Part shown: positions 9,532 through 18,128 of the stretch, piece after piece
Numbering within the stretch: the first letter of the stretch is position 1
How the letters are laid out: each line of letters opens with the position of its first letter
Notes under the pieces: generated by a model
What the model was told of the DNA's origin: nothing
Databases searched by the model: none
The model's input: only the letters and a program-made list of their open reading frames with translations
Made by a program: the position numbers and the translations under genes
IMG/VR virus record: IMGVR_UViG_3300046786_000293
Location: 96,001 to 160,000 of that record
Reading direction: 5' to 3' (one strand)
Length of the DNA: 64,000 bases
DNA from: a virus
Taxonomy: Duplodnaviria; Caudoviricetes

Positions 9532-10502
9532 TATCGATCCTTATTTGTTCTTTGTTTGTACATTTCAATGTTTAACCAATTTGAATTACTCCACGCTAGT
9601 TTATCCCACACAGGAAAATAGTTTAGCATTTCATCAACACTTTGTTTAATTGAGATAGGTGCCCACGAGCCAATAGTTTCTTTCATTAATGAGGTATCAA
9701 CATAGTAACTTCTTGGATCATGTATATTTTTATATACTACTTGAAGATCGGGTAGTTTGTCAATAAGTGCATCGCGCACCTCTGTGGCAATTTCTTCTAA
9801 TGTATAGTTTTTCATGGCCACATTTATTACCTGCGGGCATTTTGGTGCGGCAACTAGTCTACTATAAACTTCGCACAAGTCCTCAACGTGAATCAAAGGG
9901 CGACAAAGTTTTGGATCATTGACATAGATAGTGCCTTCGATGATAGCGTTCTTGGTCATAGTGTTCACGACTAAATCAGTACGCATACGCGGAGCCCAAC
10001 CAAATACAGTAGCTTGACGTAGTGTTACTACTTCAAATGTATCATCATTTAAATAACCTAAATTATTTTCTGCTTGAATCTTACTTACGCTGTAAGGCAT
10101 ATCGCTAACGGGATAGTCTTGTTCTGTGAGTAATTTGTTGTCGTTTTTGCCGTAAACGCTACAACTTCCAGCAAAAATAACACGTTTAACACCTGCTTTT
10201 TTAGCCAGGAAACCTACTAGACTAGTACTAGCAACGTTTTGTTTAAAATTTTCACTGGGACTAAAGTTAGCCATTGGGTCATTGCTAAAACCTGCTAAGT
10301 GGATGACTTGATCTGCACCTACATAGTCTTCGACTGTGGTGTCAAACAAATCTACATTACGTACAACAATATTGGGTAAGTCGGGTAAATTTCGTCCAAA
10401 ATAAAAGTCATCAAACACTGTGATGTCATGACCTTGTTGTGCTAGATAAGGTACAAGTTTGGATCCTATGTATCCTGCACCCCCTGTGATAATTAGTTTC
10501 AT
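9531..10502 (-). CDS. NAD-dependent epimerase/dehydratase (extended SDR)
   Basis: TGGAGYIG, YxxxK (YSVSK), HVEDLC. Confidence 0.9.
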   Translation of the reverse strand: MKLIITGGAGYIGSKLVPYLAQQGHDITVFDDFYFGRNLPDLPNIVVRNVDLFDTTVEDYVGADQVIHLAGFSNDPMANFSPSENFKQNVASTSLVGFLAKKAGVKRVIFAGSCSVYGKNDNKLLTEQDYPVSDMPYSVSKIQAENNLGYLNDDTFEVVTLRQATVFGWAPRMRTDLVVNTMTKNAIIEGTIYVNDPKLCRPLIHVEDLCEVYSRLVAAPKCPQVINVAMKNYTLEEIATEVRDALIDKLPDLQVVYKNIHDPRSYYVDTSLMKETIGSWAPISIKQSVDEMLNYFPVWDKLAWSNSNWLNIEMYKQRTNKDR

Positions 10503-11230
10503 TCTGTTAGTAAAGCAATGCCAAGTTCATTGGCCAGTTTTGTCATGGTATCGATTCTGTTCTGAGCGCCTCGGCTGCTGTGCCAATGTACAATATTAGC
10601 ATCTTCAAAGTTAATTCCATTCCATTCATCTGCTAGTTCACGATTATGCGTATGGTTAGCCATCATAAAGCCTTGATAAGCAAGTTTAGGATGTAGTACG
10701 TCCTGCACTTCAAGGCCTTGACTCCAAAGCATAGCATTATAAATGTTCTGTTCATCTTCCCAAATCTTAATCTTTGCTTCTTCTTCAAGACTAAACTCCC
10801 ACCATGCTTCGTCCATACTAGCAGGATAGTATCTAACGTCGCAGTTAAAGTTATTCGGGAACAAATTATTAGCTTTAGGATCAGTATAGTTAAACATCAT
10901 AAAGTTGTCAAACTTATCAAATACTTCAGTGGGTTTAATCATCTGAGTGTCTAATCCGCCAAATAAAATATTACAAGGACCGTGTTTTTGTTTTAGGTCG
11001 TAGATTTGTTTGAAATTGTACTTAAACACTTCTAGTACATTGTCAACTTCTGCTTCAAGCAATACATACTCCCAATCACCTTGCAAAAAGTGTCGGTAGC
11101 TAGATTTGCTCAATAGTTGAAGTTGTTTGTATAGGCCATAGAGATCGCCTTCGTCTTTGCGGTCTTTCCAACCGTAGTCTGTGCTTTTTACTCGTATAAG
11201 AGTTTGTACCAAAAAGTTTTTGATAGTCAT
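10499..11230 (-). CDS. Hypothetical protein, possibly glycosyltransferase-like
   Basis: In the sugar operon; GLDTQ (DxD-like) and late HWH motifs. Confidence 0.5.
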   Translation of the reverse strand: MTIKNFLVQTLIRVKSTDYGWKDRKDEGDLYGLYKQLQLLSKSSYRHFLQGDWEYVLLEAEVDNVLEVFKYNFKQIYDLKQKHGPCNILFGGLDTQMIKPTEVFDKFDNFMMFNYTDPKANNLFPNNFNCDVRYYPASMDEAWWEFSLEEEAKIKIWEDEQNIYNAMLWSQGLEVQDVLHPKLAYQGFMMANHTHNRELADEWNGINFEDANIVHWHSSRGAQNRIDTMTKLANELGIALLTE

Positions 11231-11273
11231 ATATTCCTCGATATGCTAGTACTTAGTAGAGTACTAGTAGGGT

Positions 11274-11714
11274 TCATTGGTTTTTATATTCGTAGTTAAC
11301 AGTATCATCGTTAACTCTAAAAACTTCAGCACCATTTTTTAGGTGGAAACGTTTGGCTAATTCAGTTTGAGGACTAAGTGTTACAAAACGCTTTACATTT
11401 GGAAGTTCTTTTTTAACACGTTCTAATCCTTCTCGGATTAGTTTCTGTCCAGCACCAGGTGCATAACTCCATATTGTATAAAAAACTGCTGTGTCAGGGT
11501 TCTCAGTATTGTCTTCTAGCAACTCTTGTTCAGTGCTAGGAATTTTACTGCATAGTTTAGCGCAGACAACTGCTTTAACATTATCATTTTCTGTTAAAGC
11601 AAAAACTTGTCTGTTGAATCCGAAACGTTGTTCGTGTGGTATATGAGGACGAACTGGGTCGTCTTTCAAGTAGGTGGCAAAAGGGTCATTAAGGTCGGGT
11701 ATTAAGTAAATCAT
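11274..11714 (-). CDS. GNAT-fold protein resembling the malonyl-CoA decarboxylase catalytic domain
   Basis: AVFYTIW..., FVTLSP, RFHLKNGA motifs. Confidence 0.5.
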   Translation of the reverse strand: MIYLIPDLNDPFATYLKDDPVRPHIPHEQRFGFNRQVFALTENDNVKAVVCAKLCSKIPSTEQELLEDNTENPDTAVFYTIWSYAPGAGQKLIREGLERVKKELPNVKRFVTLSPQTELAKRFHLKNGAEVFRVNDDTVNYEYKNQ

Positions 11715-11753
11715 GATAACAGGTCCAGGCTCACCTGTATTTATAATACCTCA

Positions 11754-12719
11754 TTATAAACTATACCACAAACCGGTGTCAATACTTGTTAAGCCAGAAT
11801 ATCTATTAGTTTGCAACGGATGATTTAAGTTATAAGGATTGCTACGCTTAAAAGTACTGCCCTTAATTCTATCTAATATTTTATTAACTTTGTCTAAGTC
11901 GCTGGCAGGCACTGACAAGTACTTCAACATTTCTGCACGATCTGTATACGGACTCTGACACAACGTCATTAATACAATGTCAAACTCTAAGTAACTAAAT
12001 CCAAATTGATCTTCGTCACCGTCACTAATACCTAATCCATCAGTGGGTTTAGCAAAAACTGTGCTTGCCGGTACTCCTACCGTTTCTGCTAGTTTTGGCA
12101 CTTCCCAACTTTTAATAAGACTTTGAATTGGTGCCAAGTCTCCCACATCCCCGTGTAGTGTCCAAAAGCCGGCGGCAAGTTCGCTAAAGTTATCTGTGCT
12201 ACCAACTAGACCTCGTTCCATACCGGCAATGTTATATAAAGTGATCATACGACTACGAACACGTAGGTTGCCTCTGCGGATTGCATTTCCCGGATCATCT
12301 ATCTTGCTATCGTATTCGCGTACACTGGCCAACAATCCTTCGTACTGAGTAGTCAAGTCTACATGAATATGCTGTAACCCTAACTCGCGGCAGGCTTCGA
12401 TGCCTCGATCCGTTTCTTCTTGTTTTTGATGTATAGGCATAGTTACGCCTATTACTCGCCAGCCAGCTTTTCTAAATAAGGCCGCAGTTAGTGCGCTGTC
12501 AACTCCGCCGCTCATTCCTACCACTGCGGTATGCATTTTATATTTGTTTGCATAGGCTATTAGCCCGCTCACAAGTTTATTGCCGGAGTCTTCTAATGTG
12601 TTTTGATCTGTATATATACCTGCGTCAATTAGTTCGTCTAGTTTGCTATCGAACCAATTTGATAAAGGTTGCATTAGATCTTGTCTGCTGTAGTGTAGTA
12701 TTTCTGATTTTAGTGCCAT
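11754..12719 (-). CDS. nadE: NH3-dependent NAD+ synthetase
   Basis: PP-loop SGGVDS, GNLRVRSRM, TLHGD, PTDGL, DEDQFG..Y. Confidence 0.85.
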   Translation of the reverse strand: MALKSEILHYSRQDLMQPLSNWFDSKLDELIDAGIYTDQNTLEDSGNKLVSGLIAYANKYKMHTAVVGMSGGVDSALTAALFRKAGWRVIGVTMPIHQKQEETDRGIEACRELGLQHIHVDLTTQYEGLLASVREYDSKIDDPGNAIRRGNLRVRSRMITLYNIAGMERGLVGSTDNFSELAAGFWTLHGDVGDLAPIQSLIKSWEVPKLAETVGVPASTVFAKPTDGLGISDGDEDQFGFSYLEFDIVLMTLCQSPYTDRAEMLKYLSVPASDLDKVNKILDRIKGSTFKRSNPYNLNHPLQTNRYSGLTSIDTGLWYSL

Positions 12720-12724
12720 AGTAA

Positions 12725-12753
12725 ATTATATATGTTTTAGAAAGTCAAGTCAA
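12725..12753 (-). promoter_or_regulatory. Sigma70-like promoter TTGACT-N17-TATAAT for nadE
   Basis: Near-consensus motif. Confidence 0.75.
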
Positions 12754-12779
12754 AAAAATAGGACCCAAAGGGTCCTATT
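12752..12779 (-). terminator. Intrinsic terminator
   Basis: AATAGGACCC/GGGTCCTATT hairpin plus T-run. Confidence 0.8.
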
Positions 12780-12788
12780 GGTAGTTTG

Positions 12789-12886
12789 TTGTGTCGGGAT
12801 ACCACACCCCGGATACACAGCCCATCCCGCATTTCGTGTACCGCGGACGCAGACTGGTCATCTCTTTCGAGTAGTGCGGGTCTGCG
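12789..12886 (-). ncRNA. Uncharacterised structured RNA 3' of the Ro60-like gene
   Basis: CGCAGAC/GUCUGCG stem, GAAA tetraloop hairpin, CCCGCA/UGCGGG loop-loop complementarity. Confidence 0.5.
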
Positions 12887-12893
12887 AAGTTAT

Positions 12894-14312
12894 TTAAACC
12901 GCGTAGCGGTCTGACATAACTGTCTTCAGCATGATTGCTTCTGGTGTGAAGTCATCCATGCTGCCGCTTAGGATGCTCTTAGCTACAGCTGGGCTGAAAC
13001 CAGAGACCAAAGCAGTACCGCTCTTGTCGAACTTTACTGGTGCGTTGCCGTATGCGGCATTCAAGTTCCAGAATACAACCTTTGGAAGTTCGTATCCTGC
13101 GGCTTCATACTTACGTGCGATCATTTCGATTGCACTGTCGTCGTGCTTGACACAAGTGTCAAACTGCATGTCACTGAAGATAACAAGAGTTTCAGGCATT
13201 TCTGCTTGTGGAACCTTGTTTTCAAGTGCCACCGACAAGATCTTATCAAATGCCGCATGAAGGTTGGTGTTAGCAACTTCTCCAGTGTTCATTTGATCAA
13301 TCTTTTGATTGATTGTACCCTTAAGGTTAATCAATTGTGGACGGTTAGAGAAGGTCAAGAACGTGTCCTTGAACTTACCCTTGTTCTTGTCTGCAAAGTA
13401 CAATCCCAGAGAGATTGCAACTTCCAAACAAGACAAGCCACTCTTGCTGTTATAACCACCTGCGGCGCAGGTCATCGAACCGCTAGAGTCAACTAGTGGC
13501 AACACGTTAGCGTCACCAATGTAGTTAGGCAATGCGTCCCATTGTGCTTGAATTGCATCAAGCTCAGTCTTGCTCATAGTACGAGCACCATAACCGATAC
13601 GGCCCTTTAGGACATCGTATGGGTATACTGCACCCGCATTGATCTTAACTGTAGCGTCGCCCTTGACCAACTTAGCAACGTATTCGGCATAGGTTGTACC
13701 ATGACGACCGAATGCCTTCTTGTAACGTGCATGAGCCAACGATGGAACGTGGCTGTAGTTGATGCTATCCCAATCTTGAGAACACATTTGTGTTTCAACA
13801 ACATTGGTTAGAGCAACTAGGCTCTTACGGTATTGCTTTGGGGTCATACCGTAAAACTCACGAATTTCGCGAGCCAACTCACCCTTACGAGGAGTCCACT
13901 TTGCGGCTAGGCCGTTACGAGCACGAAGTGCATCACCTAGCAACGTGAATGCCTTGTCCTTTAGTGGCTTGGTCTTGAATACGAATAAGTCGTCCCAACG
14001 ACCAACTTCAGGAACCTTTGCAAGCAAAAGTTCCGCATCTTCTGGATGCTTAAGTTCAAGGTGAGTCAAGATTTGCTTGAACAATTCTCGTTCACCGGAA
14101 CCACCACGGACGTCACGAGCCCACAATGCGATACGCAATGCGAGATCACGATTCTCAACATAAGCCGCAGTAAATGCGGGAATTATGTTCTTACCTCGGC
14201 TTGCACCGATGTTGAAGAACAAGTCGACACAGGCGTTTGCTGTGGACTTGCGAGCCTTCATACCGTTAGCGGTACGAGCGGATTGATTCTTAACTGCTTC
14301 TGCGAATTGCAT
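12894..14312 (-). CDS. Ro60/TROVE-like (DUF2828-type) RNA-binding protein with a C-terminal vWA domain
   Basis: WARDVRGG.GER, GRWDDL, AKWTPR helical motifs; MIDAS DSSGS...T...SD; RBS AAGGAG favours the start at 14312. Confidence 0.8.
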   Translation of the reverse strand: MQFAEAVKNQSARTANGMKARKSTANACVDLFFNIGASRGKNIIPAFTAAYVENRDLALRIALWARDVRGGSGERELFKQILTHLELKHPEDAELLLAKVPEVGRWDDLFVFKTKPLKDKAFTLLGDALRARNGLAAKWTPRKGELAREIREFYGMTPKQYRKSLVALTNVVETQMCSQDWDSINYSHVPSLAHARYKKAFGRHGTTYAEYVAKLVKGDATVKINAGAVYPYDVLKGRIGYGARTMSKTELDAIQAQWDALPNYIGDANVLPLVDSSGSMTCAAGGYNSKSGLSCLEVAISLGLYFADKNKGKFKDTFLTFSNRPQLINLKGTINQKIDQMNTGEVANTNLHAAFDKILSVALENKVPQAEMPETLVIFSDMQFDTCVKHDDSAIEMIARKYEAAGYELPKVVFWNLNAAYGNAPVKFDKSGTALVSGFSPAVAKSILSGSMDDFTPEAIMLKTVMSDRYAV

Positions 14313-14340
14313 AGTGTTCTCCTTTCTATTGATTTTATGC

Positions 14341-14400
14341 AACAGGATGCGCTTTTTCTCTTTTTTGGATTAAGATAAAATTGCTGAATGCATCCTAAAA
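14341..14400 (-). ncRNA. Family-1 (Y-RNA-like) element, copy a
   Basis: UAGGAUGC-AUUCAGCAA...GCAUCCUGUU. Confidence 0.6.
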
Positions 14401-14403
14401 ATT

Positions 14404-14600
14404 AACTGGATGGGCGGAACCGTAATTTATTTTCTGCTTGCCTAGTCCCCAGTATCTCGGTTCAGTCCCGCAAGCCTATCGCTAATCGTTAGCGCCCGAT
14501 CCTAGTATCTCGACTAGACACAAAGCCCAATTACGCCAGGACGGGCCCTTCGGGTTACCCCAAAGCTTCAAGTATTGTTTAAATTGCTGTATCCATCCAA
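14404..14600 (-). ncRNA. Family-1 (Y-RNA-like) element, copy b
   Basis: UGGAUGG-AUACAGCAA...CCAUCCAGUU with multi-hairpin interior. Confidence 0.6.
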
Positions 14601-14608
14601 GAATTCAA

Positions 14609-14780
14609 AACAGGTTAGTTGTTGACTGCTTTTATTTGACTCAGGCCATCACTCTGAGCTTGCTGGGCCATTTCAATAGTCACCCTTCAACGCTCGGTGT
14701 TTTTACGCACTCTGCTCCAGTTAACTACCATGGTAACCAGCGGATCATATAATATGAATATGCTGCTGTACCTAACCTTT
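14609..14780 (-). ncRNA. Family-1 (Y-RNA-like) element, copy c
   Basis: AGGUUAG-GUACAGCAG...CUAACCUGUU. Confidence 0.6.
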
Positions 14781-14798
14781 AAATCTTACAATACATCT

Positions 14799-14827
14799 AT
14801 TGTATGTTCTTTCTGATTTGATGTCTA
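14799..14827 (-). promoter_or_regulatory. Sigma70-like promoter TAGACA-N17-TACAAT upstream of the RNA triplet and Ro60-like gene
   Basis: Motif and spacing. Confidence 0.5.
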
Positions 14828-14836
14828 CAATTATTT

Positions 14837-15565
14837 TTGATTCGTTTTACCAAAATTAAATACTTTATGATTCAACACCCGTATACTGAATACGCTAACA
14901 AAAAACTACTTTGGTTGCCCACAGACACTAAAGAACGTTACGATCAAAATCTTAAAGACAATTACAATCTATTAGACCAATTTGGGTGGGTTGATAGCAC
15001 TATTAGTTACCAATTCAACAGTTTAGGTTTTCGTAGCGAAGAATTTACCAAATCGGACAACGCTGTTTTTTTAGGCTGTAGTCATACAGTTGGTGTTGGA
15101 TTACCTTTAGAAAATACTTGGCCTTACTATGTAAGTCAGGCACTAAATTTAAAATGTTACAATTTGGGCATCGGTGGCGGTTCATTAGATTTAGCATTTA
15201 GACTTTCATACTATTTGCTTAAAGAACTACAACCTAAATTTGTATTCTTGTTGTGCCCGGGTAGATTTAGAATGGAATTATTTGAAGGCAACGATTTGAT
15301 TTCATTTTTGCCTGCTAACTCCGATGGGCATAAAAAATTAAATTATTTTTATAAATGTTATTTAGAAAACGACTACAATCATTTTTTAAATCAACAAAAA
15401 AATATTTTAGCAATTAAAACTTTGTGCAACGACTTAAACATTAAATTTATCTACATTAACGATCCCGAGATAGATCAAAATAAGACTGACCTTGCAAGAG
15501 ATCTTATGCACAAAGGTCCCAAGTCTCACTTCAATTTAGCACAAAGATTTCTTAATATGTTGTAA
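14837..15565 (+). CDS. SGNH-hydrolase-like hypothetical protein
   Basis: FLGCSHT.G, NLGIGGGS, late D.MH motif. Confidence 0.6.
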   Translation: MIRFTKIKYFMIQHPYTEYANKKLLWLPTDTKERYDQNLKDNYNLLDQFGWVDSTISYQFNSLGFRSEEFTKSDNAVFLGCSHTVGVGLPLENTWPYYVSQALNLKCYNLGIGGGSLDLAFRLSYYLLKELQPKFVFLLCPGRFRMELFEGNDLISFLPANSDGHKKLNYFYKCYLENDYNHFLNQQKNILAIKTLCNDLNIKFIYINDPEIDQNKTDLARDLMHKGPKSHFNLAQRFLNML

Positions 15566-15566
15566 T

Positions 15567-15641
15567 TGGTGGATGTTAGTGGGATCGAACCACTGACCTA
15601 CACCGTGTCGAGGTGTTGCACTACCGCTGTGCTAAACATCC
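15567..15641 (-). tRNA. tRNA-Val(GAC), C33 variant
   Basis: Cloverleaf with CCA; loop UC-GAC-AC. Confidence 0.85.
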
Positions 15642-15645
15642 AAAT

Positions 15646-15722
15646 TGGTCCGGCCGGAGGGATTCGAACCCCCATCGGACTCCTTAGAAGGGAGTTGCCT
15701 TAATCCATTAGACCACGGCCAG
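15646..15722 (-). tRNA. tRNA-Arg(TCT)
   Basis: Cloverleaf with CCA. Confidence 0.9.
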
Positions 15723-16097
15723 TTATCTTGTTGCTCTTGCTCTTGCTTCAATCATTTCATCAATAAACCCCTTGTCGACTACATTGGTATAAGTGTCAAC
15801 ATGCCCGCTAGCATGATCTACTACTCGATTATCGGGTTCATGATATGTTCTAACTCTTTCTTGTCCTGCAAGATAACGTTCTTTGTCTTTGTGAAAATGT
15901 GCCTGCACTCTTGATAAACACGTTACATAGGCCATTTGCTTGTTATCTTCACGACTGCGACTAGATGTTCCATTTGCTGTGATACCCGTGGGCTCATGGA
16001 TACATCTGCAACAGTTTTGATGTTTATTACGGTGCTGACCTCCTTTACCGGTGCCAGAATACCATTCATATCTAAATTGTTCTTCCGTAATTTTCAT
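15723..16097 (-). CDS. GGQ peptidyl-tRNA hydrolase, truncated class I release-factor-like (ArfB/PrfH-like)
   Basis: GTGKGGQHRNK, HEPTG, RS..DNK, RVRTY..RVVDH; start MKITEE at 16097 (the track start lies inside a tRNA). Confidence 0.8.
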   Translation of the reverse strand: MKITEEQFRYEWYSGTGKGGQHRNKHQNCCRCIHEPTGITANGTSSRSREDNKQMAYVTCLSRVQAHFHKDKERYLAGQERVRTYHEPDNRVVDHASGHVDTYTNVVDKGFIDEMIEARARATR

Positions 16098-16108
16098 TTT
16101 AACATCCT

Positions 16109-16192
16109 TGGTGCGAGTGGAGGGATTTGAACCCTCAATCAATTAAGCGGCAGATTTTAAGTCTGCTGTGTATACCGTTCCACCACACTCGC
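16109..16192 (-). tRNA. tRNA-Leu(TAA)
   Basis: Type II cloverleaf with CCA. Confidence 0.9.
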
Positions 16193-16197
16193 AAATT

Positions 16198-16272
16198 TGG
16201 TCCCGCCAGTAAGAATCGAACTTACATTTATCGCTTAGGAGGCAATCGTTCTATCCATTGAACTATAGCGAG
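16198..16272 (-). tRNA. tRNA-Arg(CCT)
   Basis: Cloverleaf with CCA. Confidence 0.85.
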
Positions 16273-16565
16273 TTATCTTTCAAGACCCGTTGAACTCGTT
16301 TGACTGTATTTAAACATACTTGGTCAAACCCGTCACCGTCTTCTGTGTCAATTATAACACCTTCTAGTTCATAGAATTGATCTCTGTTTGCCGTTTTTAA
16401 CCGTTCAATTTCGTTAGCGGCTTCCTCGAGCAAGTCGGCAATCCGATCCGGAGCACCTTCCTGCACACTTTTACGAGTTGATATTTGGCGTCTAATCTCC
16501 GCCCGCTTACGCAAACGGAAGATTAGGCTTTGTTGTTTAACAGGCAAATCGCTTTCGTCTTTCAT
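16263..16565 (-). CDS. Conserved phage hypothetical protein
   Basis: RLRKRAEIRRQI..RKSV..DRIADLLEEAA motif; ATGA coupling to the ligase stop. Confidence 0.65.
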   Translation of the reverse strand: MKDESDLPVKQQSLIFRLRKRAEIRRQISTRKSVQEGAPDRIADLLEEAANEIERLKTANRDQFYELEGVIIDTEDGDGFDQVCLNTVKRVQRVLKDNSL

Positions 16566-17470
16566 GCTAATTGTTCCCTTACCCAAGCCAACCGAGCTTG
16601 CTCGTCCATTGCTGTGTATTCTACTATATTAGCACGAATAGCGTCAACCAAGGGATAGAATTCTTCGTCCAGATTTTGCTTGATGTCCTTGTTCAAGTCT
16701 ACTAACTTGTCTGTGCGCGGATTGCGAGCAACCCACTTTGAAGTCAAGTAGTAAGGCGACTTGATCTTAGCACTTACGCCATCCTTAGTATAGAATACAA
16801 ACCCTTCATGTCGAACCGACTTGACTACGTCTAGCATACGTCCCACAGACATTATGGAATGTTCCACAGGGCGAGTACCAAACTCGATTTCAAGCATACG
16901 CAGAATCTTTGAGTCGATCATTACCCGACTGTTCCAATCTTTCGAGCGATAACCTAAAAGATACATACCTTCCAATTCAGGAACAATATGTGGATCACGA
17001 ATATGAACGCACTCAAACATAAACGTAGTGTTATGCCATTGACGGCAAACATTACTGAAACGGGCAACGTCTATCAACTCACGTGCCATGTCAACATAGT
17101 CACCAGTGGTAGAGCCAGTTGTTGAAACAAGCAATTCGCCGTTATGCCAAGTCACAGCTACCATAAAGCCGTTTACCTTACGATAAACGTCAACTAGAGT
17201 ATCCAACGGCAACACAGGTGCTTCCTTTTCGATGCCGTAGTTATAAATTTTAGTAAAAGGACGGCTTACTACGTTGAAGTCTGCGTCAACAATAGTGCCA
17301 CGACATTCTGCAATATAGTCATTCCACAAGTTATCGTAGAACACTTTCTTTTTGTACTTTAGGACGTAAAGGCCTTCACCGGCCGGCTTCATAGAAACCA
17401 ACTTTGGGTTAGCCTTTACGTATCCTGCTAGTTCTTCCTTAAACATTCTATACTCCGAAATTAAATTCAC
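16562..17470 (-). CDS. T4 Rnl1-like RNA ligase
   Basis: Motif I KVNG, III FMFE, IV EGFV, V KIKSPYY. Confidence 0.8.
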   Translation of the reverse strand: MNLISEYRMFKEELAGYVKANPKLVSMKPAGEGLYVLKYKKKVFYDNLWNDYIAECRGTIVDADFNVVSRPFTKIYNYGIEKEAPVLPLDTLVDVYRKVNGFMVAVTWHNGELLVSTTGSTTGDYVDMARELIDVARFSNVCRQWHNTTFMFECVHIRDPHIVPELEGMYLLGYRSKDWNSRVMIDSKILRMLEIEFGTRPVEHSIMSVGRMLDVVKSVRHEGFVFYTKDGVSAKIKSPYYLTSKWVARNPRTDKLVDLNKDIKQNLDEEFYPLVDAIRANIVEYTAMDEQARLAWVREQLA

Positions 17471-17645
17471 GGACCCACTCGAAACGAGTCGAAGCAGGCA
17501 CCCACTTGAAATGTTGCTTCTTACGCTCGGGCTGTTCCCAGTCCGAGCAAAGCATCACCCATCCGCGGTCAGGAGAAAACACCACAGCGTCGGCAACTCG
17601 AACAACTTCGAAAAGCCGCCCATCCATTTTTGCCACTATTACCAT
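17448..17645 (-). CDS. Hypothetical protein
   Basis: RBS AAGGAG; follows an early promoter. Confidence 0.55.
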   Translation of the reverse strand: MVIVAKMDGRLFEVVRVADAVVFSPDRGWVMLCSDWEQPERKKQHFKWVPASTRFEWVREFNFGV

Positions 17646-17672
17646 GCTTTGCTCCTTTCTCGTAATACAGTT

Positions 17673-17701
17673 ATTATACTATATTTGGGAATTTCGAGCA
17701 A
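17673..17701 (-). promoter_or_regulatory. Early sigma70-like promoter TTGCTC-N17-TATAAT
   Basis: Near-identical to 7214-7242. Confidence 0.65.
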
Positions 17702-17708
17702 CCAAAAA

Positions 17709-17730
17709 ATGTAGTACTAAGGTACTACAT
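17709..17730. promoter_or_regulatory. Palindrome ATGTAGTAC-TAAG-GTACTACAT
   Basis: Perfect 9-bp arms 7 bp upstream of the -35. Confidence 0.45.
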
Positions 17731-18118
17731 ATAACTCAGAAATATCCCAAGCAAATCGTGCCTGCATCTTTGCCAGCGTTTCCTCAGGAACATTGTGTAC
17801 GTTCTTAAAACTACTTTGGCAAGTGATTACCTGCGGCGAAATGTTAAATTCCTTTGCCAAGTCGAAATAAGGGCGCAGTTCCTTGATTGTGGTAAACGTA
17901 TTGGAAACCACTGGGCTCCATCCGCGAACTAACATGTCTCGTGTCTTATCCAAACACCAGGCATGCGCTTCGCCCAGTCGCGTAAAGTCGAACTTGTATT
18001 CACCGTCTACCATCCAAAACATATCAGTTTCGATATGTTGATAAAAACCAATCAAGTTTTTTGCGATAGTAGACTTACCCGATCCGGGTAAGCCACGAAC
18101 CAAAATCATACTTGCCAT
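17717..18118 (-). CDS. P-loop kinase (AAA_33, polynucleotide-kinase-like)
   Basis: GLPGSGKST, VVSNTF, HNVP...M..RF; RBS GGAG favours the start at 18118. Confidence 0.8.
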   Translation of the reverse strand: MASMILVRGLPGSGKSTIAKNLIGFYQHIETDMFWMVDGEYKFDFTRLGEAHAWCLDKTRDMLVRGWSPVVSNTFTTIKELRPYFDLAKEFNISPQVITCQSSFKNVHNVPEETLAKMQARFAWDISELYVVP

Positions 18119-18128
18119 AATTCTCTCC

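Noticed and set aside
12789-12886. NAD+ riboswitch controlling nadE
   Set aside because: A terminator and a separate promoter lie between this RNA and nadE, and there is no recognisable NAD-I/II consensus.
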